The position numbers were made by a program, and so were the translations under genes. DNA of 64,000 nt, from IMG/VR virus record IMGVR_UViG_3300025137_003799, positions 1 through 64,000 of that record; one strand, 5' to 3'. The DNA comes from a virus. The notes below the pieces were generated by a model, which made no database searches, was not told where the DNA came from, and saw only the letters and a list, made by a program, of their open reading frames with translations. This document shows, one piece after another, positions 1-10,085 of this stretch; position 1 is the stretch's first letter; every line of letters starts with the position of its first letter.

Positions 1-73
1 GTATGTTCACCTGAAAAAGATAGACTATTATTTAGAATTGCAATACATGATTTTGCATTTGAGGATTTAAGAT

Positions 74-1603
74 ATGATTAGATGGGGTGTAACCGCAGGT
101 GCCCACGATGCCAGTCTAACAGTATTTGACGGTAAGGATATTAAATTCGCCGCTCATGCTGAACGATCAAGTGGTGTTAAGAACGATAAACATCTAAACC
201 GTACAATAGTTAACCAAGCTCTGGAGTACGGCCAGCCCAAGCGTATCCACTGGTATGAAACACAATGGTTAAAGCGTCTAAGACAATTACGAGCAGGACA
301 ATATAGAACTGCCCTGGATCACGCTAAATCACCACACAATCAACTGATGCATTTCGGTTATGATAGTTATGCATGTGGTATGGATGATGGACTATTTGAG
401 ATGTTTAGACCCCTGGACTTAAAAGCACACAGACATCACACTACTCATGCTTCAGCTGGTTACTATACAAGTCCATTTACTAGTGCAAGTGTATTAGTAG
501 TTGATTCAATAGGTGAATTTGAGACACTAACAGCCTGGAGAGGTGAAGGTAGACGTCTTAAAAAGATATTCAGTCAGGGTTATCCAAATAGTGTAGGCTT
601 ATGGTATAGTGCTATGACACAACGTATAGGCTTAAAGCCCAATGAAGATGAATATATTCTAATGGGCTGGGCGGCTCTGGGTGATGCCAACAGATTAAAA
701 GATTATATATTCGATAGTTTCTTTTATCCACTTGAAGAAGGCAGTTTAAATATACGATTTAAACAAAACCTACACAGAGGTTGTAAGCAGTGGTGCCCAG
801 AACTTAATACTATACAGGATTATGCGGATATTGCCGCGGCTACACAAGCCGTATATGAACAAGTGTTTGAACATCTAGTTAAAACTCTAAAGAATAAAAC
901 TGGGCAGGACAACCTAGTCATAATGGGAGGTTGTGCCTTAAATTGTGTGGCTAACAATATAGCACTTCAATACTTTAAAAGAGTATGGGTAATGCCCAAT
1001 CCCGGTGATGCAGGATCAAGTTTAGGTGCCGTACTAGCAGATCACAAAGACTTTATAGAATGGCCAGGACCTTATCTGGGATATAATATCAAAGGTCGTT
1101 ATCCTGTTAGTGTTGCACTAAAAGAATTACAAACAACAGGCATGGTTGGAGTAGCCAATGGGCGGGCGGAGTTTGGGCCAAGGGCATTGGGTAATCGTAG
1201 CCTGTTAGCAGACCCACGTGGGCCGGATATGAAGGACAAAGTGAATACAGTTAAACGTAGACAGGAATTCCGTCCCTTCGCTCCAGTTATATTAGAACAA
1301 TATGCAGATGACTATTTTGATGGACCATGTGGACCCTACATGCAGTTTGTAAGTAAAACTAGGAGACCGGATTTGTACCCAGCAATTACACATTTGGATG
1401 GTACATCAAGAGTACAAACAGTTAATAAACAACAACACCCCCGATTGTTTACTCTGTTATCTAAATGGCATGAAAGAACAGGATGTCCTATGTTATTGAA
1501 TACCAGTTTAAATATTAAAGGAAAGCCAATGGTTGATACAGAAGAAGATGCACAGGCATGGCAAAAAGAATATGGGGTTACAGTTTGCACAAAAGAAGTC
1601 TAA
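74..1603 (+). CDS. O-carbamoyltransferase (NodU/CmcH/TobZ family)
   Basis: HDAS, HHxxHA, VVDSIGE, EYILMG, GGCALN, PGDAG, EFGPRALGNRS, RPFAP, DGTSRVQ and LLNTSLN motifs. Confidence 0.93.
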   Translation: MIRWGVTAGAHDASLTVFDGKDIKFAAHAERSSGVKNDKHLNRTIVNQALEYGQPKRIHWYETQWLKRLRQLRAGQYRTALDHAKSPHNQLMHFGYDSYACGMDDGLFEMFRPLDLKAHRHHTTHASAGYYTSPFTSASVLVVDSIGEFETLTAWRGEGRRLKKIFSQGYPNSVGLWYSAMTQRIGLKPNEDEYILMGWAALGDANRLKDYIFDSFFYPLEEGSLNIRFKQNLHRGCKQWCPELNTIQDYADIAAATQAVYEQVFEHLVKTLKNKTGQDNLVIMGGCALNCVANNIALQYFKRVWVMPNPGDAGSSLGAVLADHKDFIEWPGPYLGYNIKGRYPVSVALKELQTTGMVGVANGRAEFGPRALGNRSLLADPRGPDMKDKVNTVKRRQEFRPFAPVILEQYADDYFDGPCGPYMQFVSKTRRPDLYPAITHLDGTSRVQTVNKQQHPRLFTLLSKWHERTGCPMLLNTSLNIKGKPMVDTEEDAQAWQKEYGVTVCTKEV

Positions 1604-2586
1604 TCTGGATTGACAATCGAACAGAATGGGATAGAGCAATTGCTCTAGAGATAGTGCTAAACCTAACAGACAGTTCAAGTATTACTGCTCTGGATTGCGG
1701 TATTGATGTACATCTAGCACAAGACGCCAAACATGCAAGTACAATTGCACAAGCATACGATCACAGTTTAATATTTCCTATCGGTTGGATAACATGCTTA
1801 TTGGGAGACTTTATAATACAGTACAGCAAACTGGAGGATCCCAATGACTGGCGTAAATTAGAATATATAATATTTAAAGTACCACCAACAAATAATTTAG
1901 ATCAAATTAATAATTTAAATATAAAAACCTCTAGGGATCGATGTTGCTATTATGCAACAAATACAGAGAACGTACACAAACTAAGAAGTTATGACTTCAA
2001 AGAAATTGTTATGCCCTGTAGTGGATTAATGCCCTGGGTATATGCAAGTCAGAGTATTAGGCCACTTGAACACAAGCGTTTCTTATTCTTTGACAGTTCA
2101 CCACTAAGTGTTAGTGTATATAAAGATATGTGTGCTACCTGGGATGGCAGAGATTATCCCACATGGTTAAGAAGTTATGTTGGTAGTGATATATTTAACC
2201 AAGCTCTATTTAGACAATTAAAAAATATAGATGATTACTGGATTCAAGTACAGGAACAAGTCCACGAAGCATGTGGATATACATTCTGGGAAGTCTGGCA
2301 ATCAAGTTTATCCGGCAGATATACACCTATTATAATACATGGTGATATAATGGACACTAGTATTCTAACACGTTTAAAAGTTGCTAATAGAAGAGATACA
2401 TTAGTATCATTTAGTAATATAATAGATTACGTTCCTTCTGCATTTTTAAATAGTAAAGAGGATATGAGAACCAGAGAAATTAAATTAAATAAATATCTTG
2501 AGGACAAATTACCTCTGGTTCAAATAATTCAAGCAGACAAAAAAAGAAGCACAGTTACTGATACTATGTTTCCATGGAGACAATAG
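1558..2586 (+). CDS. hypothetical protein
   Basis: 342-aa ORF overlapping the upstream gene end; start uncertain; no family recognised. Confidence 0.6.
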   Translation: MAKRIWGYSLHKRSLIWIDNRTEWDRAIALEIVLNLTDSSSITALDCGIDVHLAQDAKHASTIAQAYDHSLIFPIGWITCLLGDFIIQYSKLEDPNDWRKLEYIIFKVPPTNNLDQINNLNIKTSRDRCCYYATNTENVHKLRSYDFKEIVMPCSGLMPWVYASQSIRPLEHKRFLFFDSSPLSVSVYKDMCATWDGRDYPTWLRSYVGSDIFNQALFRQLKNIDDYWIQVQEQVHEACGYTFWEVWQSSLSGRYTPIIIHGDIMDTSILTRLKVANRRDTLVSFSNIIDYVPSAFLNSKEDMRTREIKLNKYLEDKLPLVQIIQADKKRSTVTDTMFPWRQ

Positions 2587-2757
2587 ATGGAAAGAACATT
2601 ATTAGATGGTACCGTGGTGCCGGAACTAGAAGAATCTACAGAGTTATGTATTAGAACACGGTGTCCAAACAAATATAAGTTAGTAGATATGGAAACAGGT
2701 GAAGAATATATTGGTAACCTCCCCCAAGATACTAAATGGAATTGGAGAAAAATATGA
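2587..2757 (+). CDS. small hypothetical protein (56 aa, MERTLLDG...)
   Basis: ATG directly after the upstream stop; its stop overlaps the next ATG (ATGA); below ORF-track cutoff. Confidence 0.6.
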   Translation: MERTLLDGTVVPELEESTELCIRTRCPNKYKLVDMETGEEYIGNLPQDTKWNWRKI

Positions 2758-2867
2758 TCAACCCTATTAAATGGATTAAGCAGAAAATTGCTGATTACAA
2801 ATACAAGAAGAGACTCAAAGCCAAGTTAAAGAAGCTGGCTGAACAAGATCCCTACATTTACGACTAG
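2754..2867 (+). CDS. small basic protein (37 aa) ending DPYIYD
   Basis: ATGA coupling; MINPIKWIKQKIADYKYKKRLKAKLKKLAEQDPYIYD. Confidence 0.55.
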   Translation: MINPIKWIKQKIADYKYKKRLKAKLKKLAEQDPYIYD

Positions 2868-2878
2868 AGGAAAAACTA

Positions 2879-3292
2879 ATGAAAATATTAATTTGTGGAC
2901 CAGAAGGCAGTGGTAAAACTACACTAGCAAAACCATTTGCAGAATTAATTGGAGGCGTGTATATAAACAAAGACAGTTATCAAAAGGAACTACGTGGCTA
3001 TGTTGACGGCATTGTTGCTTCAGGCAAGACAGTAGTAATTGATAAACGTTGTAATACAAACGAAGCAGTTCAGTACTTGGATCCCGATTATGTTGTATGG
3101 TTAGACATGCGTACATTAAAAACTGAACGTCCTTACAAAGTGGACTATCATGTAGCAAAATGGTTTAACGACACACATATTGAACTTATGGAAGTTGTAT
3201 CAAACTTTATGGAACGTAAAGCAAAGAGTGAAGAAGGAATGGGATCCATAACCTACTCAGACATGAAGCACGAAGATTGGCCAGAAGGTTAA
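2879..3292 (+). CDS. P-loop kinase, adenylylsulfate-kinase-like (short form)
   Basis: Walker A GPEGSGKT; GAGG RBS. Confidence 0.6.
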   Translation: MKILICGPEGSGKTTLAKPFAELIGGVYINKDSYQKELRGYVDGIVASGKTVVIDKRCNTNEAVQYLDPDYVVWLDMRTLKTERPYKVDYHVAKWFNDTHIELMEVVSNFMERKAKSEEGMGSITYSDMKHEDWPEG

Positions 3293-3325
3293 GACTTTAA
3301 GTACGCATACATTAGGTATTTTCCT

Positions 3326-3333
3326 TATAAATA
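3326..3333 (+). promoter_or_regulatory. T4-like late promoter TATAAATA upstream of csgF-csgG
   Basis: exact TATAAATA followed by AAGGAG RBS and ATG at 3351. Confidence 0.7.
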
Positions 3334-3350
3334 CAGATAAGGAGAGAACC

Positions 3351-3815
3351 ATGAAACTTTTATCAGTATTATTAGTGACTATTATGTATTGTTTACCTCA
3401 AGCCGCGGCCAGTGAGTTGGGTTGGAGTTTCAAAAGTCCTGCCTTTGTTTATGGTAACGGATATAGTCAACATGTACTGAGTGTCGAACAACTACAATTT
3501 AATCGTGCAAAAGATGTAGAAGATGAAAAAATTGCAGAAGCAGCCAGGATTGCTCGTGCATTATCCAATACAACTCTTAATAAGTTTATCAAAAATGTTG
3601 AATCAAGAATATATGCTACACTATCTAAACAAATGGTTGACGCCATGTTTGCGGAGTGTGGTTCCAGTTGTGCCTCAAGTGGTACAGCAGAAATAGAAGG
3701 TGCTCAAATAAGTTGGTCTAAGGATGCAACAACAGGTGAAATAACACTAACTGTTGTGGGTGCAGACGGCACAACTGAAATAAAAATCCCTGGCTCAGGG
3801 GAGTTTAATTTTTAA
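3351..3815 (+). CDS. csgF: curli assembly component CsgF-like
   Basis: signal peptide, then ELGWSFKSPAF..GNGYSQHVL resembling the CsgF N-terminus; directly upstream of csgG. Confidence 0.8.
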   Translation: MKLLSVLLVTIMYCLPQAAASELGWSFKSPAFVYGNGYSQHVLSVEQLQFNRAKDVEDEKIAEAARIARALSNTTLNKFIKNVESRIYATLSKQMVDAMFAECGSSCASSGTAEIEGAQISWSKDATTGEITLTVVGADGTTEIKIPGSGEFNF

Positions 3816-3816
3816 T

Positions 3817-4908
3817 ATGAAAAGCCTATCAGTACTGTTATTAATCCTATTAATGGGAGGTTGTGGTTCAACCACTAAAAAAAGTTTAGAAATATATCAG
3901 GATGCTGGTCCTCCCACACTACAGATATCACCTATAAATGAACGTATGAAAGGTGTACCTGAGCTTGATGGTAAAAAGATAACAATAGCAGTATATACTT
4001 TTACAGATAAAACTGGGCAGAGAAAGCCAAGTGATACTATGAGTAATCTAAGTTCAGCTGTTACACAAGGCAGTGAAGTATGGGTTATTAAGGCACTTGC
4101 TGATGTTGGCAATAGCACATGGTTTGAAGTTGTTGAACGTGTTGGTATGGATAATCTAATTAAAGAACGACAACTTATACGACAGACAAGAGAAGTATAT
4201 GAGAAAGAGTTACCCAACGGCCCAACACCATTAAAGCCTATGCGATTTGCAGGACTTATATTAGAGGGTGGTATTGTTGGTTATGATAGTAATATAGCAA
4301 TAGGTGGAACAGGCGCTCGTTACCTAGGCATAGGAGCACAGACAGAATACCGTGTTGACAATGTAACTATTGTAATGAGAATTGTAAGTGTTAGTACTGG
4401 CAAAGTGTTAATGAGTGTTGCAACACAGAAAACTATTGCAAGTTCAAGAGAAGGTGCTAATATATTCAAGTTCCTAGACTTGGGAACAAAACTACTGGAA
4501 ACAGAAACAGGGTACAGCGTTAACGAACCAGTTAACTACGCTGTTAGATCTGCTATTGAACAGGGTGTTATTGAATTAATATATGAGGGTGTAAGGAAGG
4601 AAATGTGGAAGTTTAAAACCACCAAAAAGGAAATAATCAAACCTGTAAAAAGGCTATCCAAAAAGATTAATCAAAAACCAACCGGCGAAGTTAAAGTTCT
4701 AAAAGGCAGAAAAGATGGCACTGACTTACCTACTATTACATATACTGCTAAGAAAATAGTATGGACTGGTAAATTACCCAAGCCTCGTCCACTAAAAGAA
4801 GTCGATGCATTGGCAAAATGGCCCAATCATAATCTAAAATGTGATAAGACTACTAAGCGATGTCTACCGGCTGAAAAGATAATAATCAACCATATCCCTC
4901 ACCCATAA
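3817..4908 (+). CDS. csgG: curli secretion channel CsgG (lipoprotein) with basic C-terminal extension
   Basis: lipobox LMGGC; AVYxFxDKTGQRKP, SAVTQG, WFxVVER, ERQLIR and EGGIVGYDSN motifs. Confidence 0.93.
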   Translation: MKSLSVLLLILLMGGCGSTTKKSLEIYQDAGPPTLQISPINERMKGVPELDGKKITIAVYTFTDKTGQRKPSDTMSNLSSAVTQGSEVWVIKALADVGNSTWFEVVERVGMDNLIKERQLIRQTREVYEKELPNGPTPLKPMRFAGLILEGGIVGYDSNIAIGGTGARYLGIGAQTEYRVDNVTIVMRIVSVSTGKVLMSVATQKTIASSREGANIFKFLDLGTKLLETETGYSVNEPVNYAVRSAIEQGVIELIYEGVRKEMWKFKTTKKEIIKPVKRLSKKINQKPTGEVKVLKGRKDGTDLPTITYTAKKIVWTGKLPKPRPLKEVDALAKWPNHNLKCDKTTKRCLPAEKIIINHIPHP

Positions 4909-5136
4909 TTATTTAATATTGTACTTCTTCATCTTTTGTATGAGAGTAACTCTACCGATGTTGAGCATCTTGGCAGCATGAGATTGATTACCCTTGCTAC
5001 TGTCGAGTGCCTCATTGATTCGAGATACCTCTAACTGTTTAAGTTCTGTATTAAGATCCAATCCATTAAATGAATCTTTAGGCCACATTTCCTCAAACAT
5101 ATCATGGAAGAAGGTGTTTTCTTCTACTGTTCCCAT
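4909..5136 (-). CDS. stand-alone Fis/NtrC-type helix-turn-helix protein
   Basis: INEALDSSKGNQSHAAKMLNIGRVTLIQKMKKY matches the HTH_8 pattern; start at MGTVEE preferred over 5205. Confidence 0.8.
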   Translation of the reverse strand: MGTVEENTFFHDMFEEMWPKDSFNGLDLNTELKQLEVSRINEALDSSKGNQSHAAKMLNIGRVTLIQKMKKYNIK

Positions 5137-5290
5137 ACCTGTATTTAGTGAAACTATTTTCACCGAAATATGCTTATAAGTGTAATAATATTTACACCTT
5201 TGCATAAATACTAGTAGCAGTTAATAATTCGAAATTGCTAATAAATAGTTATACGAACCTTATAACTTTGGAACCGGGGGGAGCCAAAAT

Positions 5291-5995
5291 ATGAAAATAA
5301 TTACCGCTGCTATAGCATTTATAGTGGCCATTTTTTTGCTAACATGTCAGTGTTTTGCAAATGACATATATATTCAACAAGTGGGCGATACACTTGACTT
5401 GGATATCGTACAGGATGGTCAGAATAACGTAATAGGTACAACAGGGCAAGATGTAGTATTAACTGGTGCCAATATGACGTTTAACATCACACAGACTGGC
5501 AACACCAATACAATTGCGGCACAGATCCTCGGTAGTACATATACAGGTACATGGGTATTTACTGGTAGCAGTAACACAGTTGATCTAAAGTGTAGCTCAT
5601 CAGCAACAGGTGATTGTGATAACGTAACTCTCAATATAGCAGGAACAGGATCAACACAGGACTATACAATTAAAATTGGTGAAGTTGCTGACGCTAGTGC
5701 TTCAGAAGTTACATTTAGTGTAACAGATGATGGCACAGTAATAACAACAGATATTGATGGAAAATCAGCAAAAGTTAATGTTACTATTAACAAAAACTCT
5801 TCAGTAGCATCAGGTGTTAACAATCTTGATATTAATCTTACTGGTGATGGTGATGTTGCTGGACATGAGATACAGTTAGACACAAAAGGCAGAGGTAATA
5901 CTATTGTAATCAATCAAAGTGGAATCAATGACAACAAGGTGGATCTTCATACAAATGGAGATGGCGGTAACGTTAACATAACACAGAGCGATTAG
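5291..5995 (+). CDS. curlin-like secreted beta-repeat protein 1
   Basis: signal peptide (CFA-N); repeated x-I-x-Q-x-G-x-x-N units; next to csgFG. Confidence 0.75.
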   Translation: MKIITAAIAFIVAIFLLTCQCFANDIYIQQVGDTLDLDIVQDGQNNVIGTTGQDVVLTGANMTFNITQTGNTNTIAAQILGSTYTGTWVFTGSSNTVDLKCSSSATGDCDNVTLNIAGTGSTQDYTIKIGEVADASASEVTFSVTDDGTVITTDIDGKSAKVNVTINKNSSVASGVNNLDINLTGDGDVAGHEIQLDTKGRGNTIVINQSGINDNKVDLHTNGDGGNVNITQSD

Positions 5996-7132
5996 ATGAT
6001 TAAACTTTTAATTGCCTTATTACTAATAACAACATCAGTATCTGCTCAGGTTGCGAACGGTGTCGGTGATATAGGTAAGATAAAAGGGTCAGGAGCACTA
6101 GAGCGTGGTAAAGAAGTTATCGTTGCTGAAAAAGGCGTAGCAGTACAAATGCAGGATACGGCTGTCACAGCAAGAGCAAGTATGCGTATCGACTTTATAG
6201 ATGAAACTCGTGTGGACATAACTGCACATAGTAGATTGCTTATAGATGATTTTGTATATGATCCAGCAAATGATGTAGGCAGTTTAAGTATAAAGGCTAC
6301 ATTAGGTACAGTACGTTATGCTAGTGGGCAAATTGCTAAAAAATATAAACAGAATGTAAAGATTCGAACTCCGAGTGCAACCATAGGTGTTCGTGGAACT
6401 GACTTTATTATGGTTGTCGACGAACTAGGCGGCTCAATGATTACTCTTCTCCCAAGCTGTGATACAGCGGGCGCCTGCTTCGTCGGTGAAATTAAAGTCG
6501 AAACTGATGCTGGGTTTGTTATTATGAACCAAGCGTTCCAAACAACAGTAACAAAACATTCAATGCGTAGACCAAGTCCACCTCTTGTGATTGACTTAGA
6601 TGAGGATCAGTTGAATAGTTTGTTAATATTGCGTAAACATAATCCTTATGTAGATGAACAGCGTGAGGAGTTCCTAAGGCAGAGAAAAATGGCAGACTTT
6701 CTGGGTATTGACTTCCTGCAATTTGATGGTTTAGATAGTGATGCACTGGTGGATAGCATTGAAAATATCTGGGTTACAGCTCTTGATGAGACAGATCAGA
6801 TGTTGGCTGACATGTTGTATGATATGTTGGATGAACTTAACAAGGCTTTAATGGCTTTGTTTATGGATGAACTTAGTTTACAAAATAGAAGTATGCTAAA
6901 ACAAGAAGGCAATGTATATGGATATGATCCAAAATCAGGAATTACGTTAAATAAGGAAGATCCCAATTGGGTTTGGATAAGAAACGATTATGATGAAGGC
7001 GGGCGTATACGATTAAGATTGTATATGGACCATGGATATAGATTAGATATAAAGCAAGGTGATTATGAATTATACAACTACAGGCTTGGCAACGGCACTG
7101 ACAATAGTATTAACATTACTCAAGTCAACTAG
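5996..7132 (+). CDS. FecR-domain secreted/periplasmic protein
   Basis: signal peptide; FxDET..SRLLIDDFVYDP, G.VRY.SG and IRTPSATIGVRGTDF FecR motifs. Confidence 0.88.
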   Translation: MIKLLIALLLITTSVSAQVANGVGDIGKIKGSGALERGKEVIVAEKGVAVQMQDTAVTARASMRIDFIDETRVDITAHSRLLIDDFVYDPANDVGSLSIKATLGTVRYASGQIAKKYKQNVKIRTPSATIGVRGTDFIMVVDELGGSMITLLPSCDTAGACFVGEIKVETDAGFVIMNQAFQTTVTKHSMRRPSPPLVIDLDEDQLNSLLILRKHNPYVDEQREEFLRQRKMADFLGIDFLQFDGLDSDALVDSIENIWVTALDETDQMLADMLYDMLDELNKALMALFMDELSLQNRSMLKQEGNVYGYDPKSGITLNKEDPNWVWIRNDYDEGGRIRLRLYMDHGYRLDIKQGDYELYNYRLGNGTDNSINITQVN

Positions 7133-8102
7133 TTTTGCTAACGATCTTTATGTAAATCAAGTAGGTGACAGTTTGACTCTAACTGTAACTCAGGATGGAG
7201 AAAATAATTCAGTAAGGAGTTTGAATACAACTAGTGGCAATGCCCAACTCAGTGGTGCTAATAAAACTTTTACAATAACACAGCAAGGTAACAGTAATAG
7301 AGCAGGTGTCTGGACAAACGGTACTACTCAGGTAATGACTCTTACACAGGAAGGTAATTCTAATGTAAGTAAGTTGGACAATCACGGAAACAATAATAAT
7401 ATGTCTGTTGTTATTGACGGCAACAATAATTCTACACATACTGAAATAGGTAATGGTGGCGATATCAATAATCAAATTGCAGTAACAATAGACAATGGTG
7501 ATAGTAATGCAGTATATACTGAAGTACAAAACGGCAGTACAAATAGTATAGATGTACAAATACATGAACAAAGCAACAACATCAGTAGAGTTACAGTAAA
7601 TGGCTCCAGCAATAGTATTAAAGCATACCAAGGCAAGCACGAAGATGGCTCAGTAGATTCTGATGAAACTGGCGACAATGATGTGTATTGGATTGTTAGC
7701 GGTAGTAACAATAATCTTGCAAGTTATCAAACAGATGACAACAATAATGGTGGACAGCATATTGCAAACTATGTAACAGGTAGTAGCAATGATGTAAAAC
7801 ATACACAGCGTGGAGCAGGTGATCATAAAGGATTCGTAGAAATTACTGGTGATAACAATAATGTTGAAGTATTACAAAGAGGCAACAGCAATGTGCAATT
7901 TGCAGATATAGTTTTAGATGACGGACACAATGTAAATGTTTTCCAACGTTACGGATCACATACAACTAATATTGATTTAACAAATGCAGGCGGTGGTTAC
8001 ACATTAGATTTAGATCAAACGGCAAACACAAATCAAACTTACAGTATCACAGGTACATGCACAACCTCAAGTGGCTGTGGACTAACAATTAATCAGTTTT
8101 AA
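7059..8102 (+). CDS. curlin-like secreted beta-repeat protein 2 (CsgA/CsgB-like)
   Basis: signal peptide (SFA-N); N/Q/G-rich repeats such as TITQQGNSN and TLTQEGNSN. Confidence 0.8.
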   Translation: MIMNYTTTGLATALTIVLTLLKSTSFANDLYVNQVGDSLTLTVTQDGENNSVRSLNTTSGNAQLSGANKTFTITQQGNSNRAGVWTNGTTQVMTLTQEGNSNVSKLDNHGNNNNMSVVIDGNNNSTHTEIGNGGDINNQIAVTIDNGDSNAVYTEVQNGSTNSIDVQIHEQSNNISRVTVNGSSNSIKAYQGKHEDGSVDSDETGDNDVYWIVSGSNNNLASYQTDDNNNGGQHIANYVTGSSNDVKHTQRGAGDHKGFVEITGDNNNVEVLQRGNSNVQFADIVLDDGHNVNVFQRYGSHTTNIDLTNAGGGYTLDLDQTANTNQTYSITGTCTTSSGCGLTINQF

Positions 8103-8160
8103 CCGGTATATAAACGTTTTTAACCTATAAGCAATAAATAGCAGTGGGGGAAGAACAAAT

Positions 8161-8652
8161 ATGATAGATCCAATTAGTGCGATTGCGATCGCAACAACGG
8201 CGTTTAATACAATAAAAAAAGGCTTTTCCGTTGGCCGAGACATCGAGTCTATGTACTCTGATGTAGGAAGATGGATGGGTGCAGTCTCAGATATTGACCA
8301 AGCATCTAAAATGAATAAGAAACCACCATTGTTTAAAAAGATATTTGCCGGCTCTTCTATTGAGGAAGAAGCTATGAATATTTTTGCGGCTCAGAAAAAA
8401 GCTGAGGCAATGGAGCAAGAACTTAGAACATATGTTAACATGGTTCACGGTCCAAGTAGTTGGAACGAAATCGTTGCACTTCAGGCTAAGATTCGTAAGG
8501 ATAGACAAAAGGCAATTTATGCCCAAGCAGAACGTCAACGAGAGATACTAAACGTCATAGGTATAGTCCTATTAGTAGGATTAATTGGTGCCGTGCTTGT
8601 AGGAGGCGTTATGATGGCAGTTGATGTGTTCGGACATCCGAGAACTTGGTAA
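8161..8652 (+). CDS. hypothetical protein with C-terminal TM helix
   Basis: MIDPISAIAIA N-terminus; hydrophobic C-terminus; AATAAATA at 8133-8140. Confidence 0.7.
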   Translation: MIDPISAIAIATTAFNTIKKGFSVGRDIESMYSDVGRWMGAVSDIDQASKMNKKPPLFKKIFAGSSIEEEAMNIFAAQKKAEAMEQELRTYVNMVHGPSSWNEIVALQAKIRKDRQKAIYAQAERQREILNVIGIVLLVGLIGAVLVGGVMMAVDVFGHPRTW

Positions 8653-8979
8653 ATGACACAGTTCGTATATGGTGACCTAATACTTGATCTTAGTAATTCT
8701 AATAAGGCATGCCTGTATAAAGACGACAAACTAATCTTTATGGGAGATGGTTACAAGGCAATACTACAACTTATAAGGCTTAGCAATGATGCTCCTGAAG
8801 TTAAAGAAAAGTTCAGAGCACAACTTGAGATGAGAGAGAAGCCTAAATTTAAAAGCAATGATCTAGATGCTTTAAGAAAAGAAGCTCTACTAGAGGAAGA
8901 AAAACGCAAATTAGAAATGCTCAAGAAGCCATTATCCAAACGTGCTGGAAAGAAAACATATGATAGGAGACTAATTTGA
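8653..8979 (+). CDS. hypothetical protein
   Basis: abuts both neighbours. Confidence 0.6.
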   Translation: MTQFVYGDLILDLSNSNKACLYKDDKLIFMGDGYKAILQLIRLSNDAPEVKEKFRAQLEMREKPKFKSNDLDALRKEALLEEEKRKLEMLKKPLSKRAGKKTYDRRLI

Positions 8980-9314
8980 TTCATATCATACTATCAATAT
9001 TCATGTTAATGTTAATGGCAACTCCAGTCTATCCATCCGGTAAGAACTATGGTGCAACTAAACAATATAGTCGTGAACAACAAATAAGACGTGGTGAGAG
9101 AATAGTTGTTCCACATACAACAGGCAGACTTGCTTGGAGGAAGATATTAAAAGGATCTCTTGTATGCATTTATGTTGGTGCTGGAAAAACAAACGAAACT
9201 ATCTTTACTGGTAAGACTGACAAATGTATGGGAACAATGCAAATACCCTATGAACCAGATGAGAATTTTAATTTAAAAGAAGCAATACAAAAACTAATAG
9301 AGGGTGCTGAATGA
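8976..9314 (+). CDS. hypothetical secreted protein
   Basis: signal-peptide-like N-terminus; 4-nt overlaps with neighbours. Confidence 0.55.
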   Translation: MIHIILSIFMLMLMATPVYPSGKNYGATKQYSREQQIRRGERIVVPHTTGRLAWRKILKGSLVCIYVGAGKTNETIFTGKTDKCMGTMQIPYEPDENFNLKEAIQKLIEGAE

Positions 9315-9532
9315 TGCACGCCTTTCTACTAATGGTATACTTGGGTCAAAAGGTAGTGTCTCAAGATATGTATTTTTATGATATTGACGAATGCAAATAC
9401 TTTGCTGAACGTATGACTAATCAACCAGCAGTTCCTAATCGTGTTGCTGGAGAAGGTGTACCAAAAACTAGAAAGTATATTGCAGTTTGTGAACCTCGTC
9501 GAGTTGATCCAGCAAAAACTAAGATTTACTAA
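9311..9532 (+). CDS. hypothetical protein
   Basis: ATGA coupling; two Cys. Confidence 0.55.
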   Translation: MMHAFLLMVYLGQKVVSQDMYFYDIDECKYFAERMTNQPAVPNRVAGEGVPKTRKYIAVCEPRRVDPAKTKIY

Positions 9533-9578
9533 TAACCGCTAAATAGTAGTACATAATATAAACCGGGGGGAGATAATT

Positions 9579-10055
9579 ATGAACACAAACGAATATGATG
9601 TCAAAGTAATTAAAGTCGTTGACGGCGACACAGTAGATGTAGACATTGATCTAGGATTTGGAGTAACACTAACTGATGAAAGAGTTAGAATCATGGGTAT
9701 TGATACACCAGAATCAAGAACAAGTGATAAAGTAGAAGACTTGTTTGGCGAGGCCGCTAAAGCAAGACTTAAAGAGCTTATGATTAATGGCGGTAAACTT
9801 ATTACTACTGAAGATCGCAAAGGCGAAGATATGAAAGGCAAGTTTGGACGTATCCTCGGAGATTTTAAAGTAGACTATAACGGTGAAATGAAAAAAGTAA
9901 CTGAGATTATGGAAGAAGAAGGACATTGTGTTCCTTATTTTGGTGGAAGCAAAGACGACACAGCGTCTGCACATATGGTAAACAGAACACGTTTACTTGC
10001 TGAAGGTGTTGTATCACAACAAGACTATGATGCTGCCGTCGAAAAAATGAAGTGA
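9579..10055 (+). CDS. thermonuclease (SNase) family nuclease
   Basis: VVDGDTV, RVRIMGIDTPE and GKFGRILG motifs. Confidence 0.9.
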   Translation: MNTNEYDVKVIKVVDGDTVDVDIDLGFGVTLTDERVRIMGIDTPESRTSDKVEDLFGEAAKARLKELMINGGKLITTEDRKGEDMKGKFGRILGDFKVDYNGEMKKVTEIMEEEGHCVPYFGGSKDDTASAHMVNRTRLLAEGVVSQQDYDAAVEKMK

Positions 10056-10085
10056 TAAGTACTTACATAATCTAAAGGAAAGACT

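Noticed and set aside
74-1603. Saxitoxin-type cluster (carbamoyltransferase plus amidinotransferase plus sulfotransferase)
   Set aside because: No SxtA-like PKS module; the shared enzyme families are widespread and the genes lie tens of kb apart
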